DNA of 64,000 bases from Macrostomum lignano (Eukaryota), in assembly GCA_002269645.1 (NCBI GenBank), contig NIVC01000112.1, positions 516,520-580,519 on the forward strand, written 5' to 3'. Both the position numbers and the translations under genes were made by a program. The notes beneath the pieces were generated by a model, which was not told the origin of the DNA, did no database searches, and saw only the letters and a list, made by a program, of their open reading frames with translations. Numbering within the stretch: the stretch's first letter is position 1; each line of letters opens with the position of its first letter. Of this stretch, positions 55,524 through 64,000 are shown in pieces.

Positions 55524-58408
55524 CTGTAAAATAGTTTGATTTGCAGTTTTTACAAATTTACATATTTTACGCATGTTGAAGTTACAGGACAAGGGTTTAC
55601 TACAATAGAAGTGTAACATTAGTATGCTTGAATTACTAATATCTTCTAGCTTCTTCCTAATGATATATATTATATCATTCAGCAATGAAATAAGATCCAA
55701 ATAATGGCAAACAACTCGGACTTCTGGACATAGTTTGTAAACCTCAATTCTATGCATTTAAAGCTTCTAACACTAATAGAATTTGAAGCAAATAGGAGAA
55801 AGCATTGCTAACTGGGAAATAGTTAGTAAGGGTTTCATATACTTGCATAAATAACTTCTACTATGGCTTTTGTCAGCAGGCATGCATTCTGTTTTATATT
55901 TGAATCTGAATTAAAGAATAACAAATATTTTACTTTGAAATGAATAAAATAAGTCTCAGGCATTATTTTCAGCATTAGTAATAATAAATTTATCAATTTA
56001 ATGTGTATTACCTATTAGTACATAATTTTACTTCTAACTCAAGTATATTCTATCTTCTGAAGAAGAAACTAACATGACGTGTAGAAGTGTATTTGATAGT
56101 ATTTTCTATTTAAAAAGTTTTGTTAGTAGTATTATTAGTAATTTTCGATTACCTCTTCCTCAACATCTTGATGAAATATTTCAGTTAATGTTCCCATTTA
56201 CAAGAAAATGGGTTGTATTTAATCTGTGAATAAAGTTAACACAGAGTCAATAAAAAAGAAAACTTAAAACACATAATATATATTTTAGCTGTGAAGTACG
56301 AAATAAGTGGGTACTTTTAAATGCTTGATTAAAAAACATTTAATTTGGAGAAATACAGCTAAAATGATGAGCTTGCAAGCAAAAATTTTGCTGTTGTTCA
56401 CACAAAGTATTCGAGTAAAAATAGAAATTTAAATAGCAGTACACAAAATTAAATGATCCCAATCGAAATTTCTTCGGGAATAAGATGATTTGCTACAATA
56501 GGTTATAATCAGCTTTCAAAAGTCACTCAAAGAGTGGATTTGCTGTTAACATAATCGATCGCCATTCGCCATGGAAGAATCACCTAATTGTCCCAGATAC
56601 AGGGTTCCAATTCTCACAATGCTTTTTTCTGGCTAAAAACTAATTTTGATATTAATCTTGAAAACATCTGATATGTCTAACAGACTGAGTTCTGGATCAG
56701 GATTCTCATTCTAAATTAGGCCCAAAAACGAAGTTACATTGTGAAATTTCAATTTAATAAAGAAGAAAAAGTTAAAATACTTACATGAAAGCGTATTGTA
56801 GTTTAAATCCTGAATATTGTATTTAATTCTCAGACTCTCAGTCTGGCCACTTTTACTTACGTTCCTTCCGTTTTGGTGAACTTTTGGAAAACAAAATTGA
56901 ATCGTCTAAAGTTAAAAAAGCTAAAAAAGCTTGAGGCGTCTATGACAGAGAGTTCATCGTATCATATTTAAACAAAAACGTTTCGGTGCACACTCTAGCT
57001 TTATTATTACATACTGGTCCTTTAAGAATTTTAATAAATAAGTAAAAATACAAGAAGCAGTAGAAAAAATAATGACAATTTTGATGATGAAGCCCTGAAA
57101 CATTAAAACATTAAAGTACAAAATGACGATACCGGTACTTCTATAACTTATCTAAAGGAAATCTTTTTCATTCATTTGGTGGCACAGAAAAGAGTGTCAG
57201 TCAATCAGTAGCTATTAATTGCTGGCGACCGCTGAGTGAATAATCAAATCATGTCATTGTACGTGTACTGCAGAATTAGTCAAATCTATAAATGGGATTG
57301 ATGGGAGATTTCGTAGATAATTTCACCTCTTTTTGGTTATATGCACATTTGCAAAGCTGGGGATGGCAAACTTTTTACTTCAAGGGCCAGATAAAGAATA
57401 GCGCACGACTGCGGGCCAAATGAGCTGGGTGAGAGGAGATACATGTATAAGAGCTAGAGACGAAGAGAGCATTGGCGCAACTATAATTTTGTTGAGTAAA
57501 GGGACTGGATTCTGGAGGGTATAATGACCTAAGGGGGGGGGGGCGGAGGGGATGGCTCTGAATTTTGACAATATCATGCGCACTGGGCCCCCCTTTCATT
57601 TTTAAATCTCCGCCGAAAAGGGGGTTCGACCGCCCCCCCCCCCCCCCGGGGGTATAACCGGCCGGCCTAGAAGAGAGATATAGGAGAATAGAGAGGCGAA
57701 GGAATAAAGGAGAAGAGAGGAGATACAAAATAGGAGAGGAGAGAGAAAAGACGAGAAGAGAGGTGAGAAGAGACGAATCTTCAGCAGGCCGGACTGCTAT
57801 TGTAAGTTTCAAGGGGCCCGATCGAGGGCCGAATTAGAGAGGCGGCTCCGCGCGGCGAACCCCTGATGCATGTAAGGGAACCTGAGCTACATGTAGACAT
57901 GCCACAATGATGAACTATATTTTGACTAATTACAATGCAATAGTGTGTTTTATTGTTAAAGGAATACATTTACTAGAAATACGAGTTACATGTACTTCAG
58001 TATATGATAGTAAATTGCGTTAACGCATTTAAACCAACAATAGCAGCTTATATACCAATCAAAGTACGTCACTTATAACACTATCTAATTACACTATAGT
58101 TATGGTTCATGGTTCATCGACAATTGAGCTAGGAAAATTAGCCTTAATTTGTATACGATGTGAAATTAATTAACTGAACATGTCAAGTTTTACTACGACA
58201 TGGTATTAGCACTTGATCCTTGCTGTCACTTATCAATCAAACAATTTTGGAAAAACACTGGAAACTTTGAAAAAAAAGTCTTAATAAAATATTTTCAGGC
58301 GTTTTGCAGATAGACAGAGAAATTAACTACGAGCTATTTAATTGAAGACTGTTTTTTTGGCGGTTATAGAATTTTTCCTCGGTCATTTTCATAATTACCC
58401 GTTCACTG

Positions 58409-60320
58409 TCAGTCCCTATCAAAGCAGTTCATGACCTCCCTGAACTGCATCAGGCCGGGCTCCGCGCTGATGCCTCCAGTGGCCGAGGACAGCAGAGCAG
58501 CAGTGTCTCCAGTCAGCAGTTTGCGGAACAGCTCGTCGGTCAGGGTGACCTTCACGTCCGGCTTGGCCTTCAGCCGCGTGTTGACCAGATCCAGGATTCC
58601 CTCGCGGATGTGGAACCTGTTGCATTTGCGGTCCAGCTTTTGAAAAATATCAATATTTTTTGCATCCTCATGCCACAATCTTGAACTGTATTTCAAGATC
58701 TCATCGTTTTGCAATTACGGATGCACTAAAAAACAACTATCTAATCATGCATAAGAATTAAACGTACCTTATAACTTTTTTAACGTCGCTGAAGTTAAAC
58801 TCAACCAGTCTGTCCATCTGGCTGCACTCTTCAAAGTTAAATCGATAGCGGAACATCTGGAACAGCGTCTCCAGGCTCACAGTGAAGATCGTCCTCGAGC
58901 GCACGTCCTGCCTGATCTTGGTGTCAATCTTTCCAAGCTCTTCGTACGCGCAAGTGACGTAGTAGTTATACCCATTGGCGCTAATCTGACCAGCCGCAAG
59001 CTCGAAAATCGCCTTCACTTTCAGTTCGCGAGCACTGGTTGATGAAGGATTCGCGCGTTGGGCCGCTGATGCTAGTTGAAGCGCCCATTGAAAATCGCTC
59101 TTAGCCAAAGCGCTCGAGGCCGCTTCCAGAATTTTGTCCTCTCCGCCTGCAAGCTCAACCAAACGAACCGCTTGCTGTTCCGTGCTTAAGGGACTCAGCT
59201 CTTCCACGTAACCACTGAACCACCCCAGGTAGCCTGCGAACAGACCCTTCACTGACCAGGCAACGGTTCCGTAGAACTCCTGCAGGTAGTCGTGCTCTGA
59301 AAGACGTTTTGTTAAGCTTACCTTGTGAGCGATGTCATCTGGATGGAGACCACGGTTCATCCAGCGCACTGTTTGGTCATGCACCGTTTGTACAGCGTCG
59401 CGATAGGTTAGCAACAGTTCCGCGATCTCCTTCTTTCCCACAATGGGTCTGGTATGACTGGGAACCAAGTACTGGGCATTGAGCGCGTACATTCGATCCA
59501 ACGACTGCGTCCACAGTTCCAGGCTGCGAAACGGCGTGCCTCTGATGGCGTACAGATTTGGAAAGGCTTTGTACACATCGTCAGCACAGAACAGGGCCTC
59601 CTTCTCGGGCCAATAGACAGCGATCTGGTCATCAGTTTCACCGGGGATGTGCACCAGCTTCAGCTTCAATCCGGCGATGGTTACATCCGCCTCGGCACCA
59701 TCTAGGAATCGGTTCGGAGGAACGAAACCCGAGCGAAACTGCTTCTGACCGAGGTTGAGGCTGAAACCGATGCCAGAGTTTGGCGTGTTCTCTCGCTCAA
59801 TCAGTGCACCGAACTGTCGCATGGCTCGCTTGTAGATGATCGGTCCTGTGACGTAGTTTGTCAGTCTGAAGATGTCTATCAAACTGCGGTGGGACCAGAT
59901 GTGTACAGAGGAATTCCCGTCAACGTCTTTGAGAAATGCTTCAGCTCCGTTCACGTGGTCCTGATGGTTGTGCGTGTACACGATCGCTTTTATGGGAGAC
60001 TTCGTCACCTGGCGAAAGGCCTCGTAAATCTTCTCCGCCGCGTCCATGGACTCCACGGTGTCGATGATGATGGCACCTTCGGGCGCTTCGATGAGGATGG
60101 AGTTGGCCAGGGCGTAGCCAATGGCTACGTAGATTCCCTCCGTAACCTTGAGTACCTCCGGCTTGTTGAACTCATTAGCATGAGTCTTGAGCTTCCTGGC
60201 GTTGTTGCTGTTAGCTCGGCCGTACTCCACAATGCGCTCGACTGAACGACGCTCCTGCCACTTGGTGCCCACTATGTAGGCTATGAGAACGACGCACAAA
60301 ACTCGAAGTATGCGCTCCAT
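58409..60320 (-). CDS. Alkyl/aryl sulfatase, SdsA1/BDS1 family (metallo-beta-lactamase fold + dimerisation domain + SCP2-like C-terminal domain), 586 aa
   Basis: Exon 1 60320-58768 and exon 2 58616-58409, joined by a 151-nt phase-2 GT-AG intron. Motifs YTHNHQDH, PGETDD, FPNLYAIRG, VPSHTRP, HDQTVRWMNRG, EFYGTVAWSVK and GYLGWF. C-terminal FHIREGILD...DVKVTL. N-terminal hydrophobic segment ILRVLCVVLIAYIVG. Confidence 0.93.
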
Positions 60321-62508
60321 CCTTACCGTATAGGCTCAAACTTGACGATTTAATTCTTACTTCTTAGAAAAAGAGCTGAGGCTGTGGTATAACCTCTATT
60401 AATCAAAGTGGTCAATGAGTAAACTTTAATTCATGTGAAAGTGTTTTGAAAGGCGTTATCATTTGCTGCTGCTTGGTAAGCTCTCCATAAATCTGAAGCA
60501 CTGAAATTTGAGAAAGCTTAACCATGAGTCGCAGGTCAGGCTCCTATCAAATTCGTATCAAATGTACAGTTTTGCCGTTAGTATACTCTAAACAAATAAA
60601 GTACCCCTCGGTCCAACTAAAATGAAGACCAGCGGGTGTACATGTAAGGTGTGTAAACCGTGTGGTTGCTTGATCTTATCAATGGAAAAACTGGCCCCAA
60701 GAGATTCAAGATTCATGTCAAGCACAGAAGGGAGTGGTCTGAAAGCAGTGTAAATAAGACTCAGACGAGTGCTAATTGCGATTGATATCGTAGTTTCAAC
60801 CAAGGCCACTCTCGTACCTGGACTAAAATATAGTCTCTGTACACACACTGAAGGACTAACCTAAGAATTCTGGCATATATGAGAAATATATTAGATCGAT
60901 GCAAGGCTCTTTAATGAGAATCCGAAAGCAAACTCATCCCATTCCGAACGAGTCAGGCTCGATACCTTAAAGGACTTGATTGCTCGAATCAGCGTCTTCT
61001 GGTTCCCTGCGCGCCCTGCCTGTCCCCACGCTCACCCTGTCCCCTCTCTCTCGGCAAACTAAACCAATTAAAGCATCTTCAATTCAATTGACCACTGATT
61101 CAGCGCTCAGCCTTGGCGAACGAGTCAATTAAAGAGTAGAGAGCTGCGGCATTTCCAGGAAGATGGGAAGTCTCTCTCTGGAGGCTGAGCTCGTCACGAG
61201 TCCCTAGGGGCACTGCTGGGACCCTTCTTACCGTGCCTACCCCAGTCTGAAGTCCAGGAATCTGGAAGGCGGTCCAATCGAGGAATGCTCAAGTATTTGG
61301 CACTGTCGATAAGAGTCCACCAATTGTCCGTCAAGTTTGCAGGTCTATTCGGATGTTTAGGCAGCTAACTATTGGATTGCAGCAATTCAGCAGAGTAATC
61401 ATATATGGGGGAAGAGGAAGAGAACTAGACAGACGATGGTAAGCCATGAAATTCGATTGCAATCCGTTTCAGGTGGAGTGTGTGATTTATTCGCATAGAT
61501 GCTTCCGTTCTGACAGTGCTGCAGAGATGCAGAGATGCAGATAGAGGATGGAGAGTGCTAGACGAGCGGGAGATGCTGCTGGTCCAGGGCCAATTGCGCA
61601 AAGTGTTTGGTGCTGCCTGCCGCGCTCTTCCACTTTTCCAATTCCCGTTCCAAGCCCGATTCGAACCCTACACCACTTCCTATTTCTCCTTTCTTCCCTC
61701 GCCTAGTTTCCTTGCGTTTTCCCTCATATTTTCCTTTTTCCTACGTTTTTTGTAGAAGCCGAGAGTAAGTTCGGCAGACATTCGGGAAACTTCCCGTCTC
61801 TCTCACTCTACATCCATCTACGCCCATCTCTGCCTCCTGCCGACTCCTCCACCTCCGCTATCAGCTGTAAGTATTAGTGTTTGCGCTGGTCGGCTGTAAA
61901 GCAGTAAGCGGGAACGGACTGGGCGCAGCAGCCGCGTGTCAAAATAAATCCTTCGCCTCGTTCGCCCGCAAGAAATCTGCCGGAGCATGGGGAGCGAGCG
62001 GAGAAAGTAAAAGCTAGTGATAGAGAGAGAGCCTAGGAAAGTAAGTTACTCCCAAGTTCGACTATAACCGAGCAGGGATAGTGTGATTGATTAGCACTTT
62101 AATCAAGACAACATCTTCCCGTGCTTCACTGAACATTCCTTCGCGTTTGATTGTTTAACTCAGCGCCTGTTTTAATTTCTTGCACGATCGGTCATTTTTA
62201 TCTACTTGTTCGTTGCGATGACATCGTGGCTGCTGAGAACGATCAGAAGTTCCCTTATCATCGCTCCGTAGACTTCAGCCGTTCGTCCAAGGGTTATCGA
62301 TTCACTCTAGAGAGCAGCAGCCAACTGCCGGCCGCGCGAACGCTTCCCCTAAGGCTCGCCCAGTCGACTGCAGCCACTTCCTCCTAGTCGATACTTTATC
62401 GCACAGTATTTAGAGCGTCTCAACCGAACTGTGCTTGGCCATCTGCCTTTCTTGCTTCTCCCATCCGCCTGCTCCAAATTGCCCGAGATAATCAGCGAAT
62501 AAAGCCGA

Positions 62509-63675
62509 ATGAACAGCAACAGCGGTAGCGTCTCCTCCCTAAACAAATCTCCATCCGTGATTCCGGGTGGCAGCGGCAGCAACAACAACAAATCAGCCAG
62601 CCTGACGGTTATCAACGAGCTCCCGGAAGGCGAGGCCATTACGCCGACTGCGGACTGTAGGAAATCGATGGGTCTTGACTCTGAATCGCCCGACGACGAA
62701 GAACCACCGCCTCCACCGCCGCCACCGATGGGCATTTTCGGCGAGACGAGGCCGACGCTGCTGGGGCCAGCCGACCTGCGCCGTCTGCAGCGGAAGCATG
62801 AAAAGGCGCTGCGACGGGCCAACGAGAAAGCAGCGAACGCGGCCGCCGAGGCCAAGAAGCGAAAGAAGCTCAGGAAGCAGCAGCAGAAAATGCTAGCTGG
62901 AAACGGCAAAGCCAAGAAGCATAACACTAACCAGGATGAAGATAACATTGAGGAGGTTGCCGAGGAAGTAAATCTTGATGATGATGATGATGATTGCAGC
63001 AGCATCCGTCGCCAGTTTCCAAAGGCTTCGACCTGCAAGAGCGCCCTAGTGAGCATCTACTATACGGCTACGATCTTGTCGGCTGTGTCGGCTGCTGCCC
63101 TGCTGTTTGTCGGTCTCCAGTACCGCGTCAAAGGTGCTCTTATCGCTGGGACTCTACTTGCGTTCTCAGCCTTCGGTCTGTGCACCAATCACTGCTTCAG
63201 CCAGAGCCTGGGAGTTGCCAGACAGCTCACGCCACGGGAGGCAGCCGCTGCCAGCGAGGAGCGACAGATCGTGGATCGAAGTCTCAGCCTGGTACCGCAG
63301 AATCAGCCGCCTCACACGGAAGAAAGCACGGCGAACGGAGAGAGGAAGAAGTCCATATCACCCTCGCTTGAACCTGCGTCCGATGGGCAGCAGCAACAGC
63401 AGCAACAGCAGCAACAGAGAGCGTCAGTTGCCAATGCAGTAGACAGCATGCTGGCAAGGCGATTGTCAACATTGGCGGTTTTCCCCGATCCAGCAGCTCG
63501 ACTGATGATGCGCCAGCAGCAGCTGCACCATCCGCAGCCGCTGCACCAGCGTAGACGCAGTTCTATGCTGCACTTGGCCAGATCGATGTCCTTGGCGGCG
63601 GCGGCTCAGCACGCTGATCCCGGATGGATTGGACAACCGTCGGGAGGGCTTGAGGACTACACAGAGTACGTGTAG
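62509..63675 (+). CDS. Single-exon orphan membrane protein (388 aa, two adjacent predicted TM helices)
   Basis: Long GC-rich ORF with ATG start, a polyPro and Lys-rich coiled-coil-like N-terminus, a hydrophobic hairpin (IYYTATILSAVSAAALLFVGL / GALIAGTLLAFSAFGLC), polyQ and a C-terminal EYV. Confidence 0.78.
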   Translation: MNSNSGSVSSLNKSPSVIPGGSGSNNNKSASLTVINELPEGEAITPTADCRKSMGLDSESPDDEEPPPPPPPPMGIFGETRPTLLGPADLRRLQRKHEKALRRANEKAANAAAEAKKRKKLRKQQQKMLAGNGKAKKHNTNQDEDNIEEVAEEVNLDDDDDDCSSIRRQFPKASTCKSALVSIYYTATILSAVSAAALLFVGLQYRVKGALIAGTLLAFSAFGLCTNHCFSQSLGVARQLTPREAAAASEERQIVDRSLSLVPQNQPPHTEESTANGERKKSISPSLEPASDGQQQQQQQQQQRASVANAVDSMLARRLSTLAVFPDPAARLMMRQQQLHHPQPLHQRRRSSMLHLARSMSLAAAAQHADPGWIGQPSGGLEDYTEYV

Positions 63676-64000
63676 AGTGCGCCACAGAGGTTGAACTGCG
63701 CGCAACGTAGACTTAGATTCCAGAGTTACTGTTTAATGCTAGTTTTTCCGTACATCGTGTGCCCAGCTGCCTATTTGATACTGAATTTTATTGCTGTAAA
63801 ATTTGCGTGTTTCAAAGTTCATCTAAGTAAGGGAGAAATCAAACCATACGTCTTCGCTCAGCAATAGATTAATTCGCTACATGAACTGACTGGTTGTCCT
63901 GGCTGCACGCTACTGTAAAAGTTCCGAATATAAACTATGCTACGATTACGGGATAAACCGCCTCTGTGTCCTTCATTTTAGTGCAATTTAGTCCGAGTTG

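Overview
Repeat-rich animal genomic DNA with GT-AG introns, GC-rich exons, AT-rich spacers and dozens of mini- and microsatellites. The style is consistent with a free-living flatworm such as Macrostomum, but that is inference only. No rRNA, real tRNA or CRISPR array is supported. Gene models built by hand from splice phases: (1) two convergent single-exon paralogues (7483-7782 +, 11360-11605 -) encoding signal peptide + acidic propiece + Arg/aromatic-rich C-terminal peptide ending YG*, a candidate new amidated antimicrobial peptide family; (2) a two-exon allatostatin-C/somatostatin-type neuropeptide precursor (21090-26224 +, predicted mature NDFRCVLHPISCY-amide) that the ORF track misses; (3) an 8-exon, ~990-aa Pro/acidic disordered protein (35236-29848 -) with one frameshift; (4) a PDZ + degenerate DH + PH RhoGEF-family gene (39658-47730 +); (5) a WD40 gene (55523-50944 -, 5' end not found) with an in-frame TAG at a likely Trp position; (6) an SdsA1/BDS1-type alkyl sulfatase with one intron (60320-58409 -); (7) an orphan two-TM protein (62509-63675 +). 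Mobile DNA includes a tRNA-derived CORE-like SINE, two 5'-truncated RNase H-type LINE ends, two copies of a CAAGG...CCTTG MITE with 8-bp TSDs, an internally deleted THAP/P-element transposase and hAT-like MITE ends. Most long ORFs in the supplied track are translations of tandem repeats.
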